Assembly: GCA_965203515.1 (NCBI GenBank)
Contig: OZ241907.1
Span: 2,304,001 to 2,368,000, forward strand
Origin: Spirochaetia bacterium
GTDB lineage: Bacteria > Spirochaetota > Spirochaetia > SZUA-6 > Bin103
DNA: 64,000 nucleotides
Direction: 5' to 3'
Shown here piece after piece: positions 10,676 to 20,460 of the stretch. A program made the position numbers and the translations under genes. Position 1 is the stretch's first letter, and each line of letters opens with the position of its first letter. Below the pieces are notes generated by a model that was given only the letters and a program-made list of their open reading frames with translations, did no database searches and was not told the origin of the DNA.

Positions 10676-11712
10676 CGCGACGCGGCCGCGGCGATCGCGG
10701 ACACGGTCAGGAACTCCTCCGGGTTGCGGAGCTGCCCGCCGATGCTCACCTCATAGTGCACGTGGGGACCGGTCGACAGGCCGGTGCTTCCCATCAGACC
10801 GATGACCTGGCCCCGTTGCACCCGCTGTCCGGCTTCGACCAGCACGCGGTCCAGGTGCCCGTAACGGGTGACGAAGCCGTACCGGTGGCCGATCTCTATC
10901 ACGTTGCCGAGATTGTACCGCTCGTACGCGACCCGCTGTACCGTTCCGTTTCCCGCGGCCACCACTTCGGCGCCTCGGTGCATGGCGATGTCGATCCCGC
11001 GATGGATGTAGAACGCGCCCGTAAACGGATGCCGCTGCGGGCCGAACCGGAAGCTCACGTACCCGCCGCCGTCCCGTACCGGCCACAGCGTCGGCACGTC
11101 GATCAGCAACGCCCGTTGCGCCGCCACCGTATCGCTGAGCTCGGTCAGCGGCGTCATCGCCGCGTCCAGCGCCGCGCTGAGCTGCCGGAGGGCGGTCGCG
11201 CCCGCCGATTCGTCGTCCCCCGGCACGGTCGGCCGGCTCACGAAGGCGGCCAGGTCGCCGTCTCCGCCATGCCGCAACGCCGCGCCGGCGGTGACGTTCT
11301 CGGCGCTCAGCGTCCGCTGCAGGTGGTCGAGCAGCACGCGGAACTCCCGGATCGACCCTTGCAGGGCGATCGCCTCGTCTCCCACCGCCTCCAACGCCAG
11401 CTCGCTTGCCGTCAACGATCGGTTCGCCGCCGCCATCCGCTCATTGGTAACGGTGAAGTGGGTGGAGAGCGCCAGGAACGCGAAGATCACGACGATCAGC
11501 AGGGTGACGAGGAACAGCGACGTGAAGACCGAAAGCTGCAGGTGGTACGTCCGCCGCTCGCTGTGGGGGATGAGCATGACGGTGAACCGCTGATTTCCCG
11601 TGCGCGCCAGGGAGCGCACCGCGAGCCCGAAGCGCCGCGCCGCCGCCGATGCGCGGGCGCCGCGCGACGTCTCCGCCAAGGCGCCGCTGCGAGGACGAAA
11701 GCCTGATTGCAC
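10672..11712 (-). CDS. M23 family peptidase with N-terminal TM and coiled coil
   Basis: TVMLIPHS, TM helix, HRGID and HVH zinc motifs, YGHL, GSTGLSTGPH. Start uncertain. Confidence 0.92.
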   Translation of the reverse strand: MQSGFRPRSGALAETSRGARASAAARRFGLAVRSLARTGNQRFTVMLIPHSERRTYHLQLSVFTSLFLVTLLIVVIFAFLALSTHFTVTNERMAAANRSLTASELALEAVGDEAIALQGSIREFRVLLDHLQRTLSAENVTAGAALRHGGDGDLAAFVSRPTVPGDDESAGATALRQLSAALDAAMTPLTELSDTVAAQRALLIDVPTLWPVRDGGGYVSFRFGPQRHPFTGAFYIHRGIDIAMHRGAEVVAAGNGTVQRVAYERYNLGNVIEIGHRYGFVTRYGHLDRVLVEAGQRVQRGQVIGLMGSTGLSTGPHVHYEVSIGGQLRNPEEFLTVSAIAAAASR

Positions 11713-11775
11713 AGTTACCTTATCTACGATGGTGGGCGGTCATGGCTCTCCGGCATCGTCTTGACCGGAAACCGC

Positions 11776-11825
11776 TTGACCGGACCGCGACCGCCACGGT
11801 AGCGTTCGGCCCGCTCTCCTGTCAA
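11776..11825. promoter_or_regulatory. overlapping divergent sigma70-like promoters (tatD / M23 operon)
   Basis: Plus strand TTGACC(11776)-18-TAGCGT(11800); minus strand TTGACA(11825)-18-TACCGT(11801). Confidence 0.5.
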
Positions 11826-11864
11826 ACCGCCGGGCTCGACTCCCACGCCGCCAAAGAAGCAACG

Positions 11865-12638
11865 ATGCAGCTCTTCGACACGCACGCCCATCTCGGTCTC
11901 ATCCACGACGACCCGATCGAACAGTTGCTGGCGGTGCAGGAAGCCAAGCACGCCGGCGTGCGGGCATTCGTCTGCATCTCGAACAACCTGGTCGACTTCG
12001 TCGACACCTACGAGCAGCTGAGCCAGGACCACTCGATCCACTACAGTGCTGGCATCTCGCCCTCCGAGGTGGATCGCCTGCCGAACGGCTGGGAGGCGCG
12101 GCTGGAGGATCTGGCCGGCTGCGAGCGAGTGGTAGCGATCGGCGAGACCGGACTCGACTACTATCGCAAGTACGGCGACCGCGACTCGCAGATCGACCTG
12201 TTCGTCCGCCAGCTCGAGATCGCCGAGCGGGTCGGGCTGCCGGTGGTGATCCACAACCGCGATGCGGGCTCCGACCTGCTGGCGGTGCTGCGCGACAAGT
12301 TGCCGGCGCGCGGCGGCGTACTGCACTGCTACTCGGAGGACCTGGAGTTCGCGAAGCGCGCGCTGGAGCTCGATCTGTTCATCTCGTTCGCCGGGAACGT
12401 CACCTATCGCAACGCTCGCAACCTGCAGGAGGCCGCGGCGGCCATCCCGCTGGAACGGATGCTCATCGAGACCGAAACGCCGTTCATGGTACCGGCATCC
12501 CGCCGCGGTGAACGCAACCGTCCCGCCTACCTGGAAGAGACCGCCCGCTTCGTCGCCGACCTGCGCGACCTGCCGGTCGAGACCTTCGCGGCCGCCGTGT
12601 TCGCCAACAGCCAGCGCTTCTTCGGCGTGAGCGGCTGA
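11865..12638 (+). CDS. tatD: TatD family hydrolase
   Basis: FDTHAH, IGETGLDY, VIHNRDA, VLHCYS, IETETP, NRPAY. Confidence 0.92.
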   Translation: MQLFDTHAHLGLIHDDPIEQLLAVQEAKHAGVRAFVCISNNLVDFVDTYEQLSQDHSIHYSAGISPSEVDRLPNGWEARLEDLAGCERVVAIGETGLDYYRKYGDRDSQIDLFVRQLEIAERVGLPVVIHNRDAGSDLLAVLRDKLPARGGVLHCYSEDLEFAKRALELDLFISFAGNVTYRNARNLQEAAAAIPLERMLIETETPFMVPASRRGERNRPAYLEETARFVADLRDLPVETFAAAVFANSQRFFGVSG

Positions 12639-12651
12639 GCCGGCGACGCGG

Positions 12652-13419
12652 TCACCCGCCTCCGGGCCCGCTGCGACCGGCCGGAGCGCGCGCGCGTGCC
12701 GCGCGGTAGAGCACGATGCCGGCTGCCACGGCCACGTTGAGCGAGCCGACGCTGCCGACGGTCTCGACCGTCACCAGCGCGTCGCAGCGCGCGCGAACGC
12801 CCCGGCGAATCCCGGACCCTTCCGACCCGACCACGACCACGCTGCGTTGGGCGAACCGGTACTCGTTCAGCGGCTGCCCGTCGAGGTCGGCGCCGACCAC
12901 CCAGAACCCGTGTCGCTGCAGCCGCGTGAGCGCGCGCGCCAGATTGGTAACCGTGACGATCGTCAGGTAGGCGGTCGCTCCGGCCGCCGCGCGAATCGCC
13001 GCCGGCGTGACCTGCGCAGCCCGATCCGCCTGCAGCACCACCAGATCGACGCCGAAGCCTTCGGCGGAGCGCAGGATCGCGCCGAGATTGGCCGCATCGG
13101 TGACTCCGTCGACGGCCAGGACCAGCGCGTCGCCGTCAGCCCTCGCGACGATCTCCTCCAGCTGCCGATCGCCCGATCGCGGCCGTCGATCGCGCACGCG
13201 CAGCAGCGCGCCGCGGTGACGCGACGGATCGGCGCGCCGACTCAGCTCCTCCTCCGACACCCGCCGTACCGGCACCCCGGACGCGGCCGCCAACGCCGCC
13301 AGCTTCCGATGGCGCGGCCCGGCGCGCGCCAGCAACAGCACGCTGCCGGGCGCCGCCGCCGAGATCAGCTCCTCGATCGCCCGAAAACCGTGCACGAAGA
13401 GATGGCGATCGCGATGCAT
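12652..13419 (-). CDS. rlmB: 23S rRNA Gm2251 methyltransferase (TrmH/SpoU family)
   Basis: DGVTDAANLGAILRSA, VVGSEGSG, SLNVAVAAGI. ATG at 13419 (MHRDRHLF). Confidence 0.88.
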   Translation of the reverse strand: MHRDRHLFVHGFRAIEELISAAAPGSVLLLARAGPRHRKLAALAAASGVPVRRVSEEELSRRADPSRHRGALLRVRDRRPRSGDRQLEEIVARADGDALVLAVDGVTDAANLGAILRSAEGFGVDLVVLQADRAAQVTPAAIRAAAGATAYLTIVTVTNLARALTRLQRHGFWVVGADLDGQPLNEYRFAQRSVVVVGSEGSGIRRGVRARCDALVTVETVGSVGSLNVAVAAGIVLYRAARARAPAGRSGPGGG

Positions 13420-13439
13420 GACGCCCCGCTCCGCGCCGC

Positions 13440-14303
13440 TCATCCCTCTTTGCGGAACACCAGGATGTTCTGATGCACCATCGAGGGGATGTACGCGTAC
13501 TGGTAACCGTACGGATGCAGCGCCTTGGCTACGTCGTACCAGATGAGATTGGCCTTCCACACCAAGCCGGGAACGACGCCGAGGACGCCGGCCAACTCCG
13601 CGGACAGGCAATGGTACCGGCCCTGCAGGTACATGTCGCCGATGAACGTGGCGAGATAGCGGTCCCGCTCCAGCAACGCCGCCGCCTGGGTGAAGACCTG
13701 CTGCATGGCATCGAGCCAGGCCTGCTTGCTGGGGTAGCGGACGTCGCTGTGGGCGTGCAGCCGCGTGGGCCGCCGGGGCTCCGACGGCTGCCCGACCCGC
13801 TTGAACGCGCCCTTCGACCGCGGCGCGGTCTCCATCCGCCAGTACGGAACGTCGGTGAGCACGAACTGGAAGCGGCGGTCGCGCAGTGTGGGCAGTACTT
13901 CGCGGGCATCGCCCGCGCGGGTCTCCAGGCCGTTCAGCCCCTCCAGGTCGCACACGCGCCGATAGATATCGATCCAGCGCGGGTTGATCTCCACGCCGAC
14001 GGCGTTCCGGTCGGCCAGCTCCGCGCCGAGCAGCACCCCGCCCACGCCCATGAAGGGGTCGAGCACCGATTCCCCCGCCTTGGTGAACAGGCGGATCAGA
14101 TCGGCGCACAGCTCCGGCGGCTTCTGGCCGCCATGGGCTCGCCGGAGGTCGTGCCGGCGGTCGGTCGGATAGGGGCGGTTGATCACCGACCGGGTCCAGT
14201 ACAGCCATTCTTTGCCGGTGAGGTCGTTCAGGCGATTGCGATCGGAATAGAAGCCGCGCGATCGGCCGCCGGGTTCGAACAGCTCCCGCTTGCCTGCGCT
14301 CAT
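13440..14303 (-). CDS. N4/N6 DNA methyltransferase-like protein, permuted motif order
   Basis: HGGQKPP, VLDPFMGVG (motif I), GVEIN, GDA, LTDVPYW (motif IV variant), LIWYD, HQNILVFRK. Confidence 0.82.
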   Translation of the reverse strand: MSAGKRELFEPGGRSRGFYSDRNRLNDLTGKEWLYWTRSVINRPYPTDRRHDLRRAHGGQKPPELCADLIRLFTKAGESVLDPFMGVGGVLLGAELADRNAVGVEINPRWIDIYRRVCDLEGLNGLETRAGDAREVLPTLRDRRFQFVLTDVPYWRMETAPRSKGAFKRVGQPSEPRRPTRLHAHSDVRYPSKQAWLDAMQQVFTQAAALLERDRYLATFIGDMYLQGRYHCLSAELAGVLGVVPGLVWKANLIWYDVAKALHPYGYQYAYIPSMVHQNILVFRKEG

Positions 14304-15337
14304 CGCCGCGGGCCGATCATGACGAGATACTCGGTCACGGCTCTCCGCCGCGCCACGCCCGCACCGCGGCCGAACACGGGATAGGGACGGGCGAGCATGC
14401 GCACCGGCCCGCGGCGGCGCGCGAGGGCGGCCAGATCGGCGATCGGCACGATGCCTTCCGAGCTGTAGGAGACGGCGATCCAGCGCGCCCGCACGGCATC
14501 GAGCAGCGCGGCAATCGCCTTGGCCGCGCCGCGGCGGGTGCTGAAGGGGCTCTTCAGGTGGCCGCGTGGAAACTTCAGGGTCTTGCCGGACAGCGCCGGC
14601 TGCTGCCAACGCGCGATGTTCTCCAGGACGTGGTAGTTGTCGACGTACTGTCGCGTGGTGTAGGGCGGGTCGAGGTAGGCGAACTGGGCGTCGATGCGCG
14701 GGGCCAGGTCGAGCAGGTCACCGGTCAGCACCCGCGCCCCCGGCGCTTCGATCGTGCGGAGCGGCGTGAGGCGGAGCGGCTCGTAGACTCTCGAGTCGAC
14801 CAGATGACGTCCCGCCTCGACCGGCCGCCTGCCCAGGTGCTTCAGATACGCGTCGTATTGCCCGACCGTATTGGCAGCCCGGTCGCATGCCAGCAGGAGG
14901 CTGGCTAGGAGCGCCGAGCGCTCGGCCGGATCGATCCGTCCCGCGTCCAGCAGCAGATCGACCTGTGGTCGAATCGCGTCGATGCGCATGCAGTTGTCCC
15001 TCGTGAAGTAGGTGCCGGCGTACCAGCAGGTCGCATAGCCGGACCGCCCGGGCATCGCGTTGAGGTGACGCCGCGCCCGGCGCAGCCGCGCCGGATCGGG
15101 GCCGGACAGCACGCCGTCGAGAATCAAGGTGTTCGAGCGCAGATTGTCGACGAAGGTCACGCGCCCGACGCCGCGGGACAGCATCTCCAGGCCGATAGCG
15201 CCGGTTCCGCAGAATCCGTCGATACAGGAGGTCGGCTTCCCGGCGACCGCGAAGATCGAATCGGCGACCCAGCGGGCCAGGCGTCGTTTGCAGCCCAGAA
15301 ACTTCCGGCTGGTGGCGCCCTGCGGAGTCTCCAGCAT
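14300..15337 (-). CDS. alpha-class m6A DNA methyltransferase (FokI/NlaIII-like D12 family)
   Basis: FLGCK, DGFCGTG, YFTRDNCMRIDAIR, ANTVGQYDAY, YLDPPY..RQY..NYHVLE, VSYSSEG. Confidence 0.9.
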   Translation of the reverse strand: MLETPQGATSRKFLGCKRRLARWVADSIFAVAGKPTSCIDGFCGTGAIGLEMLSRGVGRVTFVDNLRSNTLILDGVLSGPDPARLRRARRHLNAMPGRSGYATCWYAGTYFTRDNCMRIDAIRPQVDLLLDAGRIDPAERSALLASLLLACDRAANTVGQYDAYLKHLGRRPVEAGRHLVDSRVYEPLRLTPLRTIEAPGARVLTGDLLDLAPRIDAQFAYLDPPYTTRQYVDNYHVLENIARWQQPALSGKTLKFPRGHLKSPFSTRRGAAKAIAALLDAVRARWIAVSYSSEGIVPIADLAALARRRGPVRMLARPYPVFGRGAGVARRRAVTEYLVMIGPRR

Positions 15338-15356
15338 CGCCGCCGGGCCGTGTCCG

Positions 15357-16610
15357 CTATGCCTCGGGCAGCTCGAGCGTGAACCGCGAGCCGCCCTCCA
15401 CCGCGTGCCACGTCAAGTCGCCGCCGGCGCGCTGGACGAGCCGCCTGGTCAGGTACAGCCCCACGCCGGTGCTGTCGTCTCCGGACGTACCCAACTCGAA
15501 CGCCGCGGCCGCCGTCCTGTCGTCCATGCCGCCGGCGTCGTCGACGACGTCGATCGCCACCGTGCCCGGCGCCCCGCGCCGCGAGCCGATGCGGATCGTG
15601 GTCGACGGGCCGTCCTTGCCGGCGTGGGCGGCGTTGAGGACCAGATTGGAGATGGCGATGGTCAGGTCGCTCGACCCGATCGCGACGCGGAGCCCGGGCT
15701 GCAGATCCTGCTGCACCGTCGCCCGTTGCGGGCGCACGGCGATCCGCATCGACTCGGCGACCGCCTGTACCACCTGCATCACGTCGGCGTCGGGGGAGTC
15801 GTCATCCTTCACCTCGCTGAGCAACCGTTCCAGATCCTGATGGGCGGCGCGGACATTGCGGCGGATGAGCTGCAGACTGCGCTGCGCGTCACCGTCCGAG
15901 CCGGACGCCGACCCCCAGTCGGCCGCCAAGCCGATTGCGGACAGCGCGTTCTTGACGCCATGGACGGCCCCGGCGGCCAGATGACCGACCGACACGAGTC
16001 GGTTCTGCGTCTGCAACAGCTCTTCGGCGTCCGCAAGCCCGTCCCGCGCACCGTCCACGTACCGAGGACGAAACGGCCCCGTATACAGGAGACTCGCCAC
16101 CGTCCCGGCCACCAGCAGCACCAGCTCACACCAGAGCCCGAGCGCGATCGGTGGCAGTCCCAGCGGCGCTGTCCAGCGTTCGTACAGCCCGCCCGCCACC
16201 GCCAGCGCGACTACCGACACGACGACGTTGCGCGCCCGCCGGCGCGCGGGGATGGCGCCCGACGCTAACAGTCGAAGCGGGCCGGCAGCCGCCGTTACGG
16301 CCGCGGTCAACGACGTCAGCGCGATCGCCGCCACCGTGCCCTGCAGGCCGAACGCCGCGATCAGGGCGTTCTGTACCACGAGCGAAAAGCAGATGGCATG
16401 CCATACGCGGGGCGAGACGCCTCGGTCGCGCACCGCCAACCAGGTGCCGGCCGACCAGATCACCGCCTGACCGCTCAGGATTTCCAGCACGGCGCCGTCC
16501 GGTATCAGCCGCCCGATCGCCCGCGCCGAGAGCGCGGCCAGCATCGCCACCTGCCAGAGACCGTTCCACGTGCCGCGGCGTTGCCAGGCGATCGCCAAGC
16601 CCAGCGGCAC
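15357..16610 (-). CDS. membrane-bound sensor histidine kinase (orphan)
   Basis: Several N-terminal TM helices; H-box LAAGAVHGVKNAL, N-box NLVLNA, DDAGGM, STGVGL, GGSRFTLELP. True start may lie up to 16655. Confidence 0.85.
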   Translation of the reverse strand: MPLGLAIAWQRRGTWNGLWQVAMLAALSARAIGRLIPDGAVLEILSGQAVIWSAGTWLAVRDRGVSPRVWHAICFSLVVQNALIAAFGLQGTVAAIALTSLTAAVTAAAGPLRLLASGAIPARRRARNVVVSVVALAVAGGLYERWTAPLGLPPIALGLWCELVLLVAGTVASLLYTGPFRPRYVDGARDGLADAEELLQTQNRLVSVGHLAAGAVHGVKNALSAIGLAADWGSASGSDGDAQRSLQLIRRNVRAAHQDLERLLSEVKDDDSPDADVMQVVQAVAESMRIAVRPQRATVQQDLQPGLRVAIGSSDLTIAISNLVLNAAHAGKDGPSTTIRIGSRRGAPGTVAIDVVDDAGGMDDRTAAAAFELGTSGDDSTGVGLYLTRRLVQRAGGDLTWHAVEGGSRFTLELPEA

Positions 16611-16664
16611 CGCCAGCGTGATGAGCGCGATCGCCCCGATCGTGGTGGGGTGTATCGTGGCCGG

Positions 16665-17792
16665 CTACTCCGCTTCCGCCAGCGGCACCGGCTCGGGGTC
16701 GGGCTCCTCGCCGATCACCTCGGCGACCTTGCCGAGCAGTTTCTTGGCACGAGCGGAGAGCCGGTCCGGGACCGTTACCGCAACCTTGATGTACAGATCG
16801 CCGCGCCGCGCCGGGTTGTCCAGGTGCGGGACTCCCTCGCCGCGCACGCGCAGCAGCTTGCCGGGCTGCGTTCCGGCCGGCACCTTGACCCGGATGCGGC
16901 GATCGTCGAGCGTGCGCACCAGGATCGAGGTCCCCAGCGCCGCCTGCGTGAACGCCAACGGAATCATGCAGTACAGATCGTCGCCGTGGCGCTCGTAGCA
17001 TGCGTGCGGCTCCACGTGCACGACCACGTACAGATCGCCGGCGGGCGCCCGGCCGATCCCGGCGTTGCCCTGTCCGGCGAGCTGGATGCGCTTGCCATGC
17101 TCCATGCCGACCGGAATGGTCACCCTGAGCCTTCGCTCCTTCTGCTCGCGGCCCGTGCCGCGGCACGCCCGGCACGGGTTCTCGATCACCTCGCCCTCGC
17201 CGCCGCATGACGGACAGGCGGTGGCGATCGAAAAGAACCCGGAGTTGCGGCGCACCTGGCCGGAACCGCCGCAGGTCGGACAGATGCTGCGGCCGGCGCT
17301 GCCTTCGGTGCCGCTGCCGTCGCAGCGGGAACATGCCTCCTGACGGCGATAGGCGATCTCCTGCTTGGTGCCGAACACCGCGCGTTCGAACGGTACGCGC
17401 AGGTCGTAGCGCAAGTCGTCGCCCCGGCCGGCGCCGCCGCGGCGACCGCCGCCGCGGCGGCGATCGGAGCGGGAGAAAAACGATTCGAAGATGCTGCCGA
17501 CACCGAATATATCTTCGAAATCGCGAAAGACGTGCGAAAAGTCGTGCGTCTGACCGCCGGCCATACCGTCCACGCCGGCGAACCCGAACTGGTCGTACGC
17601 CTGCCGCTTCTGTGGATTCGACAGCACGTCGTATGCCTCGGTAGCCTCCTTGAAGCGTTCCTCGGCACGACCGTCGCCGGCGTTGCGGTCCGGGTGATAG
17701 CGCACCGCCAACTTGCGGTACGCCTTCTTGATCTCGTCGATCTCTGCGGATCGATCTACCCCCAGGACCTCGTAGTAGTCGCGCTTGGCCAT
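16665..17792 (-). CDS. dnaJ: chaperone DnaJ
   Basis: J domain with HPD, G/F region, four CxxCxGxG repeats. Confidence 0.98.
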   Translation of the reverse strand: MAKRDYYEVLGVDRSAEIDEIKKAYRKLAVRYHPDRNAGDGRAEERFKEATEAYDVLSNPQKRQAYDQFGFAGVDGMAGGQTHDFSHVFRDFEDIFGVGSIFESFFSRSDRRRGGGRRGGAGRGDDLRYDLRVPFERAVFGTKQEIAYRRQEACSRCDGSGTEGSAGRSICPTCGGSGQVRRNSGFFSIATACPSCGGEGEVIENPCRACRGTGREQKERRLRVTIPVGMEHGKRIQLAGQGNAGIGRAPAGDLYVVVHVEPHACYERHGDDLYCMIPLAFTQAALGTSILVRTLDDRRIRVKVPAGTQPGKLLRVRGEGVPHLDNPARRGDLYIKVAVTVPDRLSARAKKLLGKVAEVIGEEPDPEPVPLAEAE

Positions 17793-17858
17793 CCCTGAGC
17801 TATCGCTTCCGCCTTGCAGTCTGTCGGATCATGCCACCGCGCGTCACTCCGACAGACC

Positions 17859-19829
17859 CTAACCGCGCTTCTCCTCGTCGTCGACCACTTCGTAGTCGGC
17901 GTCCTGAACCGAACCGGCGCCGGCTTTCCTGCCATTGGCTCCCTGATCGGCGCCGCTCTGCGCCTTGTCCCGGGAGCCTGCGGCCTGCTCGCCCCCCGGC
18001 GCATCGCCGGCTTCCGCGGATGCCTTCTGCTGCGCGTCGCGGTACACCTCTTCGGCGAGCTTCTGGGACGCCTGATTGAGCGCTTCGATCTTGGCCTTGA
18101 CCGCGGCGGTATCGTTGCCGTCGACGGCCTGCTTCAAGTCCGCGATCGCGGCGCTGATCTTCTCCTTGTCTTCCGCGCCGACCTTGTCACCGAAGTCGTT
18201 CAGCGACTTTTCGGTCGCATAGATCAGGCTGTCCGCCTCGTTCCTGGCCTCCGCCGCCTCTCGCGCGTTCTTGTCTTCATCCGCGTGCACCTCGGCGTCC
18301 TTGACCATGCGCTCGATCTCGTCCTCGGACAGGCCCGAAGAGGACTCGATGCGGATCTTCTGCTCCTTGCCGGTACCCAGGTCCTTCGCGGATACGTGGA
18401 CGATCCCGTTGGCGTCGATGTCGAAGGCGACCTCGATCTGCGGGACGCCGCGCGGCGCCGCCGGAATGTCGGCCAGATCGAATCGGCCGAGCGTGCGGTT
18501 CTGCGCAGCCATCTCCCGCTCGCCCTGCAGCACGTGGATGGAGACCGCCGTCTGGTTGTCGGCCGCCGTCGAGAATATCTGACTCTTGCGGGTCGGGATG
18601 GTCGTATTGCGCTCGATCAGCCGCGTGGAGACTTGGCCGAGCGTTTCGATGCCGAGCGACAGCGGGGTCACGTCCAGCAGCAGCACGTCCTTGACGTCGC
18701 CGCCCAGGATGCCGCCCTGGATCGCCGCGCCGACCGCCACCACCTCGTCGGGGTTGACGCCGCGGTTCGGGTCCTTGCCGAACAACTCGGCGACCAGCTG
18801 CTGCACCGCAGGAATGCGCGTCGAGCCGCCCACCAGGATCACCTGATCGATCTCATTGGCGCTGACGCCGGCGTCCTTGATCGCCTGCTCGCACGGGCGC
18901 CGCGTCTGCTGCACCAGATCATCGATCATCTGCTCGAACTTGGCGCGCGTCAGCGTATACTGCAGGTGCTTGGGGCCGGAGGAGTCGGCCGTGATGAACG
19001 GCAGATTGATCTCCGTGCTCTGCGTCCCCGACAACTCGATCTTGGCTTTCTCCGCCTGCTCCTTGAGGCGCTGCAACGCCATCCGGTCGTTCGACAGGTC
19101 GATGCCGTTGTCGTTCCTGAAGCGGGTGATCAGCCAGTCGATCACCCGCTGATCGAAGTTGTCGCCGCCCAGATGGGTATCGCCATTGGTCGACTTGACC
19201 TCGAACACGCCGTCGCCCAGCTCCAGGATGGAGATGTCGAAGGTGCCGCCGCCCAGGTCGTAGACCGCGATCTTCTCCTCGCTGCTGCCTTCCTTGTTGA
19301 GACCGTAGGCGAGCGCCGCAGCGGTCGGCTCGTTGACGATCCGCTTGACGTCGAGGCCGGCGATCCGGCCGGCGTCCTTGGTCGCCTGCCGCTGCGAATC
19401 GTTGAAGTAGGCCGGCACCGTGATCACCGCCTCGGTCACCGTCTCGCCAAGATAGCTCTCCGCCGTCTCCTTCATCTTCTGCAGCACGGCGGCGGAGATC
19501 TCCGGCGGCGAATACCGGTTGTCGTCGATATGGACCCGCACGTCGTTGCCGCTGTCGGTGACCCGGTACGGAACCATCTTGATCTCTTCCGGGACCTCGG
19601 TAAAGCGGCGGCCCATGAAGCGCTTGATCGAATAGACCGTCCGTTCCGGGTTGGTGACCATCTGGTTCTTCGCCGGCTGGCCGACCAGCCGCCCCTTGTC
19701 GGTGAACGCGACGATCGACGGCGTGGTGCGCTGCCCCTCCGAGTTCTGCACCACCGTCGGTTCGCCGCTCTCCATCACCGCGACGCAGGAATTGGTGGTC
19801 CCCAGGTCAATGCCGATGATCTTGCCCAT
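17859..19829 (-). CDS. dnaK: chaperone DnaK
   Basis: [37 protein letters not shown]. Confidence 0.99.
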   Translation of the reverse strand: MGKIIGIDLGTTNSCVAVMESGEPTVVQNSEGQRTTPSIVAFTDKGRLVGQPAKNQMVTNPERTVYSIKRFMGRRFTEVPEEIKMVPYRVTDSGNDVRVHIDDNRYSPPEISAAVLQKMKETAESYLGETVTEAVITVPAYFNDSQRQATKDAGRIAGLDVKRIVNEPTAAALAYGLNKEGSSEEKIAVYDLGGGTFDISILELGDGVFEVKSTNGDTHLGGDNFDQRVIDWLITRFRNDNGIDLSNDRMALQRLKEQAEKAKIELSGTQSTEINLPFITADSSGPKHLQYTLTRAKFEQMIDDLVQQTRRPCEQAIKDAGVSANEIDQVILVGGSTRIPAVQQLVAELFGKDPNRGVNPDEVVAVGAAIQGGILGGDVKDVLLLDVTPLSLGIETLGQVSTRLIERNTTIPTRKSQIFSTAADNQTAVSIHVLQGEREMAAQNRTLGRFDLADIPAAPRGVPQIEVAFDIDANGIVHVSAKDLGTGKEQKIRIESSSGLSEDEIERMVKDAEVHADEDKNAREAAEARNEADSLIYATEKSLNDFGDKVGAEDKEKISAAIADLKQAVDGNDTAAVKAKIEALNQASQKLAEEVYRDAQQKASAEAGDAPGGEQAAGSRDKAQSGADQGANGRKAGAGSVQDADYEVVDDEEKRG

Positions 19830-19830
19830 G

Positions 19831-20460
19831 TTACGTGCCTTCCTTTGTGTCGGCTGGCGCATCGCCCGGTGCGCACGCCGTATCTTCGTTCGAGCCGCTG
19901 AGCGGCTGTGCGACCTTCACCCGGGCGGGACGCACGACGCGGTCGTGCAGCAGGTAGCCGCTCTGATAGTCCTCCACCACGGTGGCGACCTCATGCGCGT
20001 CGGAATCCTCCGCGGCGATCGCCTGATGGCGCTCCGGATCGAACGTCTCTCCCTCCGAGGAGAAGCGGCAGAAGCCCCACTTGCGCTCCAGCAGGCCGGT
20101 GAGCTTCTTCTCTATCGACGACACGCCGTCGCGCAACGGAGCGACGTCGGCGTCCGCACTGGTCCGGACGGCGCGTTCCAGGTCGTCGATGACGTCGGCC
20201 ACGTCGAGCAGGAGGTCCTTGTTGGCGGCCCGGATCGCCTCATCCTTGCCGCGGCTCAGCCGTCTGCGGGAATTCTCGAATTCGGCCCGCTCGCGCAGGA
20301 GTCGATCCTGCAACGCGGCTACCTCCGCGGCCAGAGCACGCGTTTCGGCGCCGCCGTCCGCCGCGCCGTCGCCGACGTGCTCCCGGTCGGGAGGCGACTC
20401 ATCCGGCCCCGCGTCGTCGCGAGAGGTGGCGGCCGTCCAGCCCCGCCAGAGCTTACCCAT
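19831..20460 (-). CDS. grpE: nucleotide exchange factor GrpE
   Basis: [46 protein letters not shown]-terminus uncertain (see findings). Confidence 0.93.
   Translation of the reverse strand: MGKLWRGWTAATSRDDAGPDESPPDREHVGDGAADGGAETRALAAEVAALQDRLLRERAEFENSRRRLSRGKDEAIRAANKDLLLDVADVIDDLERAVRTSADADVAPLRDGVSSIEKKLTGLLERKWGFCRFSSEGETFDPERHQAIAAEDSDAHEVATVVEDYQSGYLLHDRVVRPARVKVAQPLSGSNEDTACAPGDAPADTKEGT

Noticed and set aside
12652..14609. Long N-terminal extensions of rlmB and MTaseB in the ORF track (also tatD, plsC, merR and several r-proteins)
   Set aside because: They overlap neighbouring genuine genes in other frames; the internal starts fit family N-termini.
13440..15337. Complete restriction-modification system or mobile defence island
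   Set aside because: No endonuclease, specificity subunit, integrase, transposase or flanking repeats are seen.
17814..19901. 695-aa plus-strand ORF
   Set aside because: Antisense shadow of dnaK, a well-known artefact of high-GC codon bias.
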